DNA of 64,000 bases, taken from NCBI RefSeq assembly GCF_006345805.1, contig NC_042998.1, positions 43,834,001 to 43,898,000 on the forward strand. The letters run 5' to 3'. The stretch comes from Octopus sinensis (lineage: Eukaryota). Shown here piece by piece: positions 50,408 through 63,077 of the stretch (its first letter is position 1; each line of letters starts with the position of its first letter). The notes below the pieces were generated by a model that did not search any database, was not told where the DNA came from, and was given only the letters and a program-made list of their open reading frames with translations. The position numbers were made by a program, and so were the translations under genes.

Positions 50408-53400
50408 ATGATTGGTTGCGTAAATGCGCGTGGCTTGGGGTCTCCTTGGAAACAAGGATACCTCCTAAATGACATCAAGTCACATGATTTGGGAATCATA
50501 GCCATAAGTGAGACCAGACTCCACGAGCCACGGGCCCTAAAGTCCATGTTTGGCGGACAGTTTTAACATTTATTTCGCTCCTGTCTGCCGGATGGGCGGT
50601 AGTGGCACCGCGGTACTTTTTCACAAGAGCTGGATCTCGAAGTCAAGACGATATTCGTAGACCCGGAGGGTAGACTGATCGTTCTGGATGTTGACGGCAG
50701 CAATGGGTGCGCTTTTCGACTCGTATCAGTCTACGCACCGCCTTAACAGGTCGGGCGGATTTCTTTCGACGTCTAGAAGTATTCTTGGGAACGTCTCGTC
50801 CTTTACTTAGTGGGGGATTGGAATGCTACCTTGGACACGCATGTAGACTACGTGGGTAGAGACGAAACAGAAGGGGATGCAAATGCCTCAGAGACCTGCT
50901 CAGACGATTCCAACTGTCTGACAGGTACCGACTCGACCACCCAAATGCACCAACGTGGACATGGAGCAACCGCAGTGGGTCGTCGAGATCGTATCTAGAT
51001 AGGATTACTGTGTAGGACAGTAGACAAGGATAACTTAGGATGTCCACAATTCCACACAGTCAGCTACACGGATCACAAATTGGTGACGTGTACGCTAGAC
51101 TTAGATAAGGTACATAGACAGGGTCCTGGGTACTGGAAACTGAACGCATCATTCCCGTCCAGACAAGTTTTCAGAGACCGGATTAGCACACTAGTAAAGA
51201 GGGCTTTGACGGGAGCCATCATCAACAAAAATGGTGGTTTGCCCTCAAGAGAGCAGAAAAAGCAGAAGCGATTAGGTACAGCAAAGCACTAGCCATAGAT
51301 AGAAATAGAGTAGAGGGTGAGCTAGTTAGAAGCTAGAAGAGGCAATTAGAAGCGGCATCGCATCCGACGTTTTGGCGGCGAGGTTGGCCCTCGACCAACA
51401 CTTCAACGCTAAACACGAAGATGTGCTGTCAGAGCTAGGATGCGTGCTCTAAGGAACGAAGGTGTTGGGGCCGCGAGAGAGGCCCGGGTGGCAGAGGCGC
51501 AACAGGGCAACAAAGCCACCATTCGGTCACTGGTAGATGAACAGGGGCGCGAATTGCTCGAGCCAAGTAAAATGTGTGAGGCCTTTCAGCAGCATTTTGC
51601 CCGACTGTTCGGGACGAGTGGAGGGCAAGAACGTAGGGTAGACTTCAGTGCCTACCTACATAGCCTGCCACGACTCTCGACAAGAAAGGCAGGGTGCTGC
51701 GAAGGTGCCATCACGGCGGCGGAAGTGCGGGAAGCGATGGCAGAATGCTCGAGGGACAAATCACCGGGTGTTGGATGGTCTACCCTACGAATTTTACTAT
51801 TGTATGCCAGACTTGTTTGAGACGTCTTGGCAGCGGTATACTGCAACTGCAGCAAAACGGGAGCATACCGGTTTTGTGAGTCGAGGAGCTGTAACTCTGC
51901 TGAAGAAAGATCCAAACAAGGGAAACATTATAGATAACTTTAGGCCAATCACTCTGCTCAATGCAGACCTGAAAATTTTGACAAAGGTGTTAGCCAAGAG
52001 GTTGGCGCTTGTCATGGAGAAAAACTGGTCGACAACGCAAAACGTGCGCCGTGCCGGGCCGGAGCATCCATGACAACCTCCATCTGATGCGCTACATCAT
52101 AGACAGGGTAGTTAACGAACCTGGCATGGGTGGGGCCCTGATCAACTTGGATCAATCGAAAGCCTTTGATAGGGTAGACCATCGATACTTGGAGGCAGTC
52201 CTGAGAGCGCGCGGTGGTTTCGGTCCGTCTTCCGCGGCTGGATAGCTGCCTTGTACAGAGGCATCCGTTCGGTAATTCGCGTAAATGGACATCTATCGAG
52301 ACCCTTCGACATTGCACGTTCGGTCCGTCAGGGATGCCCCCTCTCGGCGCTTCTATACGTATTGACTCTTGAGCCACTACTGCGGAAGCTGGCGACTTGA
52401 GGGGCATCCCGCGAGAATTAGGATGCGGGACGAGCGTGTCTGCATACGCGGACGACGTCACGTCATAGTGTCAAGCCACGAGCACATCGAGCGGGTCGGC
52501 GAGACACTGAAAGACTACGAAGCGGTGACAGGAGCAAAATCAACCGGGAAAAGTCAGTGGGCTTGCGGCTCGGCACCTGGAGAAGCAAACCCTGCCGTCC
52601 ACCAGTACCTCCGTCGTGGGACGCTGGACAGACAGCCCGGTTGAGTTGCTCGGGGTCTGGTTCGGTCCGGACCTCCAAATGGAGAAGAACTGGAACGAGA
52701 TAACGAGTAGGGTGGTCACTCTCGCCCAGCAATGGGCCGAGAGGAAACTGTCCCTAAAAGGTCGGGCGGAGGTGGTGAACGCGTACATCGCGTCCATCAT
52801 CTACTACCGCCTGACCGTCGTACCTTGTCCCGACCCTACCATCACCAAACTAGAACGCATCCTCTTCCGCTTCTTGTGGAAAGGATGCGTCCCGATGGTC
52901 AGGCGATCCATTTGCTGTCAACACCCCCGTTAAAAGGAGGGCTGGGCATGCCGTGGTTGATGATGCGCAGACACGCGCTGAGACTGCGACATCTCCGGCT
53001 CTATGTAGACGACGGTGAACAGGTGTGGTCGCCGTTTGTGAGGCACGCATTCCCGCAACTCGTCTCCATGACCGAACTACAGTCGTGGATCAAAAAGAGG
53101 CCGAAGAAGGGCGAATGGCACCGCGAGTGTCGCGTTGCTCTCAAGCAACTCTGCCGTCCCGGGTCGACCTTGAGTGACTTCAACACAACCAAAGCATTCT
53201 ATAGGGGATTAGTGGAGGGGAGGTACGACGACGAGCTCGGGGCAAACCTGGGCGTCGACGAGGAATACCTGACCCGCCTGTTTCAAACGAGTTTCGGCCC
53301 GGGACCTATGGACAACTTCCAGAGATCCCTGGCCTGGCGGTGCTACCGAGAAGCGCTACCCGTTCGGGATAAGCTCTATAGGCATGGCTCGAGAAACACG

Positions 53401-53829
53401 GGGCCGACCTGCCCGAGATGCGGGCAGAGCGACGAAACCGCTCTGCACGCAATCGTGCAGTGTCCAGCAATTTCCCACCTGTGGGCTTATGTCGAACGAC
53501 TGCTGTCACGTGTGGGACGTGTCGGTTTATCAGCCGAGTCTATCGTTAATATTGTCACGCCTCCTTCCTTCAAACGGGAAGGAAGAGCTATTTTTATCAT
53601 ACTTGTGGCTATGGCGAAAGAATGTATCTGGTGGACGCGTCTGAAAGGATTAGAGACAAACACTTTCCTCTCTGGTCAATCTCTCATCAACTTCTTCAAG
53701 TATCACTTGAAGAAAAAAGTGAGAGTAGAGAGGCAAGTTTTGTCTAGTGAATGTTTTAAAAAAAGATGGGTGAATGTAGCAAGGATGGCACGTATGAATG
53801 ACGAAGCCACCTTGACTATGATTCTATGA
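50408..53829 (+). pseudogene. LINE ORF2 (APE endonuclease, reverse transcriptase, C-terminal zinc finger), frameshifted
   Basis: MIGCVNARGL, ISETR, SVYAP, GDWNA, TDHKLV, FRPITLLNADLKIL, LDQSKAFDRVDH, VRQGCPLS, AYADD, CPRCGQSDETALHAIVQC; stop at 53829. Confidence 0.92.
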
Positions 53830-54408
53830 ACCGTAAAAATTAATACAGAGAGTTGCTTATTTGCAAAAAAAAAAAGAAATATAACATGTGACTTCATTGA
53901 CCGAGGTTACCGTGGTCTTTTCCGTAGGCTTTTCTTTCCACGGGTAAACCTCACCTGTCTTCCCCTTTACACTTCATATCGACATTTCTGTGATAACGAT
54001 CCCTATTGATCAATTTTTTTTCCTCTCCCCCTTTTTTTCTAACCCCCCCCCCTTTTTTTGTCCTCTTTCTCTCCTTTTACGATCCCTTTTGATCGACCCC
54101 CCCTTTTTTATTTTATTTTATTTTTTATTTTATTATTATTATTATTTTTATTTTTTTTTTAAACCTTCAAAAGAAAAGCTCTACCTTGTAATTTGTTCTA
54201 TCTGTGTGCAGCCCTGTGTGGCTAATAAAGAAACATATCTATCTATCTATCATCTATCTATCTCTATATATATGTATATATATATATATATATACATATA
54301 TATACATATATATTATATATATATATACATATATATATATAACATATATATATATACACACACACACACATATATATTATATATATACATATATATTCTC
54401 CTATATAT

Positions 54409-54441
<33 letters not shown>

Positions 54442-54899
54442 TCTCCTCATCCATCACCCTCTTGAACTGTCTTATATCCCTCCCCCAACTACACATTCAA
54501 TAACACTATAAAATGGTCAAAACTTTTTACACACTAACTTAGTTCCATTTGAAAACCCCACTATAATGGGAGAAAGGGCTAATGCATTATCTAAGTTATA
54601 TGGTGTATAAAGACATGAAATATACAAATAAATATCTGTAAATATAAAACCATCTGAATTTCTGAGTACCTCATTTCTTCTAATATATATATATATAACA
54701 TATCTACTACATATGTGGCAAATTCTGGCTGTGGGAGTGTTTGTGGAGTTGTTAGCTAACTCCTCCTGCATCGTTTTATTGATTTTGATGAACTTGACAC
54801 GTGAGGAGAACTCGTGTCTGGAAACCTCATGGCATACTCAGATTGTTGAAAAAAATCAGCGACAGAGCCCCTGGAAGGGATCTTTACATATATCTAATA

Positions 54900-55412
54900 C
54901 CGTAAATCTTCGAATATAGTCCGCCCTTGAGTATAATACGCAGGGGATTTTTAGGAGGCTGTACCTCTGAAAAACCTAAACCTTGTGTATAATCCTTCTC
55001 TAACTTGAGTCGCGCGTAATTAAGCCAGCAGCACCTAGTCGAACAAACACTTCCGCGTATGGGTATTGCAATAATGGTGATGTTCTTAACTGTTATATGG
55101 GAATGTAAATATGTTTGCAAATTGTTTTTGTTACATGTTATTCTGTGTTCTGAATGCTTTTATTTTAATAAATGTTGCTTAATGCAAGTTATGGATGATT
55201 CTTTTATGACTTCATTGCTTTCAGGCTTAGCTGAATGTATTTTCGCGCCCGATATCACAGAATGCGTCTGAATAAACATTGCTGGGCAGCAAATAGAGAT
55301 TCGGACATTCCTTAGAAAATATTTTTCATTTTTAACCTCGTATATAGTACGCACTAGGGATTTTGACCTTAAATTTTGGGAAAAAATGCGGATTATACTC
55401 GATGATTTACGG
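54900..55412. mobile_element. Tc1/mariner (pogo/Tigger-like) MITE with TA TSD
   Basis: TA|CCGTAAATCTTCGAATATAGTCCGC ... GCGGATTATACTCGATGATTTACGG|TA imperfect TIRs. Confidence 0.85.
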
Positions 55413-56096
55413 TATATTTTATTTTAACAGCCAAGAGAAATAACCCATTCACCCCTGGAAAGGATCCTTATATATAGCCAAGAAAAATAACCCATTCATT
55501 TTCCTGATTTATTTGGTATAAATAAAACTGAGTATGCTTATTTCACAGTATTTGAATTGTTAGAGTTATTTTCGCGATTTATCCATTACAACCCTTAAAC
55601 AAGTAAATAGTATTTTCCTAAACAATAGATCCACTTATTTCGGTCAGTGACTTATTCACGAATATACCAAAACTAGCGCCCATGAGGGTAATATTCTCTG
55701 AGAATGCACAAATGTCCTTTTCAGAGTTATTTACTTTGAATTGCTATCATCTCATATCTGATTAGACTGTTATTACGTAACATGCTTCACAGTTTTATGT
55801 TCTATATACTCTGGGAACCCATTCAAGCCCTTTTACTGTGCTACTTTATTTGAATTCTTACTATCGGGTAACTAATTTCATGGTATTACATAAATGACTT
55901 CACAATTTGCGCATTCATAACTTATTGGGAAATCCTAAAGTCAAGATCCCGTGTAAGACAGTTCGGTATTCTCTGCAAATACGCAAAAACCGTTTTAAGG
56001 GCTACATATTTTGTAATGTTGCTATTGGATTAGCAATACAATTATGAGAACGGAACCAATGGATAAGCCCCGCTTTCACAGGAATTACTCGGTACG

Positions 56097-56140
<44 letters not shown>

Positions 56141-56149
56141 ATACAAAAT

Positions 56150-56405
56150 GGGACAATAAAGCAAAACATCCGGACAGTTAGGTGATACAAAAAAGGGATA
56201 ACAAAACATCCAGATATATCATACAAAGAAAACAAGTACGGGTCATTCGGAGTTTTCTTTCGTCAGTCGAGTTCCAGATTATCTTTGAAATTTCGACTGG
56301 TTATACTCGAGATTGCTCCAGTCTGGCCAGCCCCAAGGAAAAAAACTAAGCTAAGAGCATTAGAGTCCTTGGAAGAAAACAGCGAATGTATACGAAAACA
56401 AGAAC
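56150..56405 (-). repeat. Interspersed repeat, possibly Penelope-like terminus with hammerhead-like core
   Basis: Minus strand CTGACGA-AAG-AAAA-CTC-CGAAT at about 56245-56266, followed by a T-rich tail. Confidence 0.3.
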
Positions 56406-56431
56406 GTAAAAATTATTATTATATGTGTGTG

Positions 56432-56467
<36 letters not shown>

Positions 56468-56468
<1 letters not shown>

Positions 56469-56767
56469 TGATCACGTGACCGACCAGACCATCAGATATT
56501 GTTACACATCGCTGGTCACAATGCGTTTGCATTGTTTTAGCCTTCGAATGACGACACCCCGCTGGCTAAGCGAGCAGGCCAACAGAAGAAAGAATGGGAG
56601 ATAGAGTGGTGAAAGAGTACAGCAGGGATCATCACCCCCTGTCGGAGCCTCGTGGAGCTTTTGGTGTTTTCGCTCAATAAACACTCACAACGCCCGGTCT
56701 GGGAATCGAAACCGCGATCCTGCGACCGCGGGTCCGCTGCCCTAACCACTAGGCCATTGCGCCTCCA
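56468..56767 (-). mobile_element. Full-length SINE family A copy, tail type ii
   Basis: Same head and core as 40059-40444, but tail TTCTTTCTTCTGTTGGCCTGCTCGCTTAGCCAGCGGGG...GGTCACGTGATC. Confidence 0.9.
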
Positions 56768-56772
56768 CACAC

Positions 56773-56839
<67 letters not shown>

Positions 56840-56991
56840 TATATACATATATACATACATACATATATATACATACAAGCAGTAATATACATATCTATAT
56901 AATCATATATAAATATATACACACTATACATATACACACGTGCACACACGCTCACGCGCGCGGGCACTCAGACAAACATAAACTCACACAT

Positions 56992-57062
<71 letters not shown>

Positions 57063-57348
57063 TTTCAAAATAAATACTGAGTTGTGAAAATATAAACTCT
57101 TCTAGTATTTTGGGGACTTTTATTTTTAGGAGTAGTCTTTATATCTAGAAAGCAATGGTAAAACAAGTTTGCTGCAGTTTATGCTATTAAATCCTTTTTC
57201 TCAAATACAAATATCTCTCCAATCTCAAATTCTATTCTCTAGTTTAAATAAATCATTGAAATTAAACAACATGATGCCATTTAATTACTCGAAAATGGTA
57301 AAACATATTTCAATGAGAAACTGTTAGAAGTGCTACTTTCACACTTAA

Positions 57349-57922
57349 CCCGTTAGCGACTATAAAATTAAAAGTAATTATATTGGCAAAACTAACAAAC
57401 ACAATGGATAATGTAGTTCTCAGTATTCTCAGTGTGAATTCCAAAATAGGATGCTCACAATTGGAAAGTCTTTGATCATATATCTACTTGATTAAAGCTC
57501 CTTGGGTGTTACTTATTTTCTCGGAAGCCTGTCTATCGTGACCCAGTTCTTATTTTTAAATATATTACTCACAAAAAGGGAGCAGATTTTGGCAAGTTTT
57601 TCAAGTATTTTAATGGCCTACCTAAATAATGATATCGATGTAGCTAATGTTTAGCTTGTCAAAAGTTGGGTTGTCTTTCCATTGTGTAGTCTATGCTGTT
57701 AAAATGTTCTTCACACCATATGATTACTTTTTAGATAAATCTACAAGTCTGAAATGAAGTTGACATTACAATCCTGCGTCATGTTCCATTAATGTGTATT
57801 GCCGTTACATCTGGTATAGCACACCTTTTTCAATAAATCGTTGCACACTGAGAGTAGGAGATAACTCTACGTGAGCGATCTACGTGCTAGAAATAGCAAT
57901 CAAAATCACTACAAACAATGGG
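57349..57922. mobile_element. Possible old piggyBac-like MITE
   Basis: TTAA|CCCGTT ... AATGGG|TTAA ends. TIR similarity is limited to a few bases. Confidence 0.3.
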
Positions 57923-58073
57923 TTAATGACATTCCGAAGAATGTTGGCATGGATAAAATATATGAAAATAATATATGGTGAACATGGCAGAAGGGCTTTA
58001 ATCCTAAGACTGAATTGACAGCGCTAAGACTTAGAATAGCTGATGCACCAACTGCTGGGACAATACATGTATT

Positions 58074-58107
<34 letters not shown>

Positions 58108-59156
58108 CTTACATACACAAGCACATCAAAACACACACTCACAAACATACAAGTATGTATGTATGTATGTATGTACGTATGTATGCCTTCGTGTGTTTGT
58201 GTGTTTGTGTGTGTGTGTATATGTACTTATGTGTGTGTTTTGTGTGATTGTGTATGTGTCTATTTATATATATATACATTTAATAATATAAATTATATAT
58301 ATATATGCATATATGGGCACATGATGTCACCAACAGTAAACAACATGAAATACGAAAACAAATGAGTTAAATACGCAAATAACAAGAGAAAAAATAAATG
58401 GAAAACAAGACATGTAATACAAAGAACGACCATTCATTAGTTGCCGGCTGTATATCTACTCCCCATTTCGAGTAATCAACGACAGTTTGAGTCATCGAAG
58501 ACAGTTGCTGCTTTAATTACCAAAATAAAATATTGGATTTATGAAGTGTCAAAGTCATAAACAAAAACACAACAGCGGAGACATACAGGGAAAGCGAACG
58601 GAAACAAACATGGAGGGTTTTTAGACCTGGACGAGGGGAAAGTAGTGAACGCTTAGAGAAATATTTTCTTATGCATATATGTTTAACTTTTCCTTCATCG
58701 AAAGTTATTAATTAATTCAGAAATTCATCAATCTAACACTCTCTGAATTATTTTTGAGTTTTAAATCAGTCTACTTTCCCGCGTTTAAGCTGTGTATATA
58801 TAGTGAGGATTTGCAATAGCTGGACATATTTCAAGTCTATTTTCAGCATATAGGCATTGTAGCTTCCTTGCCCTTAAGTGTAATTGTATCCTAAAAGTTT
58901 TTATACGGCGCCGTGTTTACAATCCTGTAAATTATAATAATGGTATTTTTATATAAGCTTACAGCTTATGGCGATCACCGTGCAATAACTAAGGTAAATA
59001 ATATAATAAAAGGGCATATAAGATCTCGACAGAAAAAAAAATCAATAATATATCTTTATATATGTATTTTACCTAAAAGGTTATTTTTTTATGTGCTGGC
59101 CATTGATAAAATTCATTACTTTTAATGATTTTATCCTTTATGTTTATATATATATA

Positions 59157-59681
59157 GTCCGTGCGTGTCACTTAGGTTTACGAGAGAGGGATGACCTCCC
59201 TTTGCAAATACCATAAGGGCACAGAAAGTGTGTCCAAAGCCAGCTGGAGACGATGATCTCCTGGGGCTAAAAGCTACAGCAACACCCACCCTTAGTGGTT
59301 TGCCATATTGAGATGGCTAGTATACTTTACGTTGTCGAGCAGTTACTGTTTACATCTCGTTCAGAGAATTATTATTGCTTGCAGACAATTTTTCGAAATC
59401 AGTGACAGTAAGTTACTAGAAAAACGATAAGTATTTGCAAACAGATCTCCCTTTCATTATAAACCGGTGACTGCCGTACGCCGAAGACAGGCAAATACCT
59501 AGAAATTGCAGTCCGTGCGTGTCATTTAGGTTTACGAGAGAGGGATGACCTCCCTTTGCAAATACCACAAGAGCACAGAAAGTGTGTCTAAAGCCAGCTG
59601 GAGACGATGATCTCCTGGGGCTAAAAGCTACAATAACACCCACTCTTAGTGGTTAGCCATATTGAGATGGCTAGTATACTT

Positions 59682-59683
<2 letters not shown>
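59157..59683. repeat. X-Y-X direct repeat: 173-bp unit (59157-59329, 59511-59683) around a 181-bp spacer, flanked by (TA)n
   Basis: GTCCGTGCGTGTCA.TTAGGTTTACGAGAGAGGG ... GAGATGGCTAGTATACTTTA occurs twice with few substitutions. Confidence 0.95.
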
Positions 59684-59739
<56 letters not shown>

Positions 59740-59740
59740 A

Positions 59741-60780
59741 CTAGCAGAAACACCCGTCATTGACTGGGTTGAAAAAAGCTGCCAAAATTGTACTATGAAT
59801 ATTGAAAGATATTTACTCAGATTGTATTGAAGATATATATAAGAAATTACTTTTAACTTTCATGTAGACGACAGAGCTGTTTCCTTCTGACCAATATCAT
59901 CAATGGTGCATTAAAACTTCTGATCTATGATCTCTAGTATATCTGTTTATAAATGAAGCAAACATCGCACAGATTTTGACTTATGTGTAATATAAGGTAA
60001 GTAAATGAAAAATTCGGGGAAAACTGAAAAGGTATGTACTAAAATTTATTGAACTTAAGTATTACAACAAACGGATCTTTTTGGTTTGAACGGCAGTTTT
60101 TCTAGCGGTGTCATATGAAATTGTCACCCATCATTATGACCCTAGTATCGATCTATTGCATTTCAATCTGTTTTAGGGTTAGGGTTAGGGGTGGGCAGAA
60201 AGGTATCTTTTTTTCTTCATAAATGTAAATAAACCCAATCTGTTTCTTAAACGAGGGACATATTCATACGGCACAGAATGTTTTTTGCCTCAATACACGT
60301 CAGTGATTGGTTGAAATTGCAGAAATTGAAGAAAAAAACAACAAATATCTTACAAACTATAGAATTTTCTCAATAAAGCCAAGAGAAAAAGATGTTTTAT
60401 AAACACATTCTACCAGTATACGAAGTTTAAAATATTTTAGTTACCTAGAAATTATGTTAAAAACTGCCGTTCAAACCGAAATGATCCCAACAAACAAAAA
60501 TACAAATAGCTTTTCTTAGACGGATATAGCATGATTTTGACAATATCAATTCAAAGTTATCAATTATTATGCAAAATTTAGTTCGTTGATTCCATGCTAA
60601 AAACTTCCTTATAGACAATATTTCGGGTTTTACCAGTAGGCGCAAAAACTAAAAGAGTGTTCTTACTACCCACTCTGGATGTCCCAACAAATAACTGACC
60701 GTGTGAGAAACGGTAATTACAGTCACACACAGACACTCACTGCTTGTATGCTGACTGCTGACAAAACTAATTAAAATTGA
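59741..60780 (-). mobile_element. Probable non-autonomous Helitron (minus) carrying a nested MITE
   Basis: Minus 3' end: hairpin ACCC-AGTCAATGAC-GGGT, then CTAG|T at 59741. Putative 5' A|TC at 60780 followed by GT-rich sequence; 5' boundary uncertain. Confidence 0.5.
60073..60487. mobile_element. MITE, second copy of the 21305-21715 family, perfect 8-bp TSD
   Basis: GGATC...GATCC termini, CAACAAAC on both sides, internal TTAGGGTTAGGGTTAGGGG. Confidence 0.92.
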
Positions 60781-61201
60781 TAATATTTCAAGCTTTGCGT
60801 GTCATTTGAATGAATTTGACCTTTCCACGCATAACTGTGCATTTATTTTCCGAGAACGGAATAAGGATGGGCGTCTCGGTAGTGTGTTGCCTCCTATTTC
60901 TAGCAAATACATGTACTGTGTATTTGACCTATGCTTTTTTTTTACACATACAGCATACCTACTCAAGAGTGCCCCACCGAATTTGTTTCTTCATAACTTT
61001 AATGAAAATGGGTACTTTTAAATAAAATTTACTACAAATGTGCTTCTAATGGTGTAGATTGCAACTATTTCGGAATTTGTTGTGAAAGCCTTTTTTCGCC
61101 GAATCGTTTGAATTTTCCGAAACTGCTCTCTCGACTTGTGGAAAATTTTTTTCACGACAAATGCTGATATAATCGGAATCTATCAACTTTCTTATGTCCA
61201 G

Positions 61202-61239
<38 letters not shown>

Positions 61240-61748
61240 AGAAAAACCTTGATCTGATTACATCATTTTCAGGGAATGTAGGGGCGGTATTTAATCAAGG
61301 TATGTGTGCCTATCAGGTTGTAAAATGAGAGAAAAAGATATAATGAACTAAAATAATTCTACAAGCTTCTCTGACGACACCTTTATCGATTGTGTGTTTA
61401 TATGCTCAATGGCCGAAGAGGAATGTTATATGTATTTAAGGATGGACAAAAATATATTCAATGATGGATCTTGTGCGCAAAGAATATCAAACACGGATAA
61501 AAACTATACACTACTTGCTGGTCTCTTTACGCAGTAGATCTGTTGCCCACAATTGTTTGTATAACACAATCCATATCAACATTTAAGTTACTCAAGAGGA
61601 GGTTAGATTAAAACCAAGCACTCTACGCTAAAAACTACAAAAATCTATCTCTAAAATGTTCACCTCAATAGTAACGTCAATCGTCTTCGCTAAAAATGAA
61701 AAGAAAGGCGAGGTTTGTAGCTGAGCCAAATGCCTTTAAATTGCGCAC

Positions 61749-61810
61749 CTGTCCTTTCAACTTGCAAATGATTAAGTGTCGGAGTAGCTCCATGGATCAA
61801 GTCTGGATAC
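61749..61810 (-). other. Candidate 62-nt internal coding exon (minus strand)
   Basis: Acceptor TATTTGCTGCAG|, donor CAG|GTGCGC; only one frame open: YPDLIHGATPTLNHLQVERT. Confidence 0.25.
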
Positions 61811-62264
61811 CTGCAGCAAATAGAATCATAGGAGTCGCAAAAAAGTTCCTATAAAAGTATTCTAACTAATGACAAGTTGTACAAACTCAGGTAACATGCA
61901 GAGCTTTACTGCAAAAGAAAATCGACAAAAGTCATGCACGACTGAGTTGAAATTTTCATATTAGCAGTAAGGTAGATAAACCAGAGTAGTCTACCTTGGA
62001 TGAATAACCGTTTTAATGAGCTTTCGCTTTGACAGATGCTTTCTTTTAATCTAGGTACCGTAAAATGGAATACAGGTAAAACGGTACTAGAACGGTTTAT
62101 TACTGGTCTGTTCGACACCAGATTAATTCATTGTGTGCACGCAAATTATAATGGCATTCTCAATTGGTTTAGGTTAGTATCTAATGCAAATAAATAAAGA
62201 TGATCATTCCGAGGATAGGGGATAGATTACTACTACAATAATTCATATATCGGTTTCAAATTTT

Positions 62265-63077
62265 GGCATAAGGCCAGGAATTTCGTGGAAAGGGTTAAGT
62301 TGATTACATTGATCCTGAGTGCTCAACTAGTACTTATTTTATCGACCCCGAAATGATATGAAGCAAAGTGGACCTCGGCGGAATTTGAACTCGGAACGTA
62401 AAATCGAACGAAATGCCTCTAAGCATTTTGCCCTGCTTTGCTAACTGACAATAATTCATATATAAAAAAATCATTTAATTCCGCCACCAAGTTATATATT
62501 GATTACAACGGATCCAAACATCTGGCAGACGTTAAACATATAATTATGAAAAAGAAACCGGATAAAAGAAGGACAAAAAAGTATAATTCTAGATAGCAGT
62601 GACATGGAAGGCACTCCTTGTTTTAATTTGATTAAATATCGGTTGAATATTCCCGTTAATATCGCTGTAAGATACATATAAAAAAGTACAGAATTCTCTC
62701 TGTTTTAAGGGACTTTGATGATATAATAGAAACAAAGAATTACTTAGAATTGCATATATTCTACTGCATGTAGCAAAGGTATTCGAAATTACACCATAAT
62801 GCCAGATGAATAGTTACTGTGTCTGATGATTATTAATACTCAAGGTAAATACCTTTTTTAAAAAAATCAAACATATTGGTTTCAAATTTTGGCCCAAGGT
62901 CAGCAGGTTTGGGAAGCGGCTGAATCGATTAAACCGACTCCAGTGTTTAGTTGGTACTTATTCTTTCGACCTATGCAAACTCGACCCCGGTAGAATTTGA
63001 ACTCAGAAAGTAAGGATTGACGAAATGTCGCTAAGCATTTTCCAGGCGCGCTAACGAGTCTGCAAGGTTACCACCTT
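62265..63077 (-). mobile_element. Two SINE family B copies (62265-62447, 62878-63077)
   Basis: GGTTTCAAATTTTGGC.CAAGG tail and GAATTTGAACTC core, as in the other B copies. Confidence 0.85.

Larger units (their letters stand above)
48024..54235 (+). mobile_element. Full-length Tx1/L1-like non-LTR retrotransposon (~6.2 kb)
   Basis: 5' UTR, ORF1, ORF2 (APE-RT-zinc finger), pyrimidine-rich 3' UTR ending AATAAAGAAACA. (TATC)n on both flanks. Confidence 0.93.

Noticed and set aside
54860-55500. Short degenerate ~46-bp repeats (CCCCTGGAAAGGATCC..., GCCAAGA.AAATAACCCATTCA) around the mariner MITE
   Set aside because: Two to three decayed copies only; best explained as an old local duplication with no further signal.
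59157-59683. CRISPR array or TRIM/LTR element
   Set aside because: Eukaryotic context with only two long repeats; no TG..CA, PBS, PPT or TSD.
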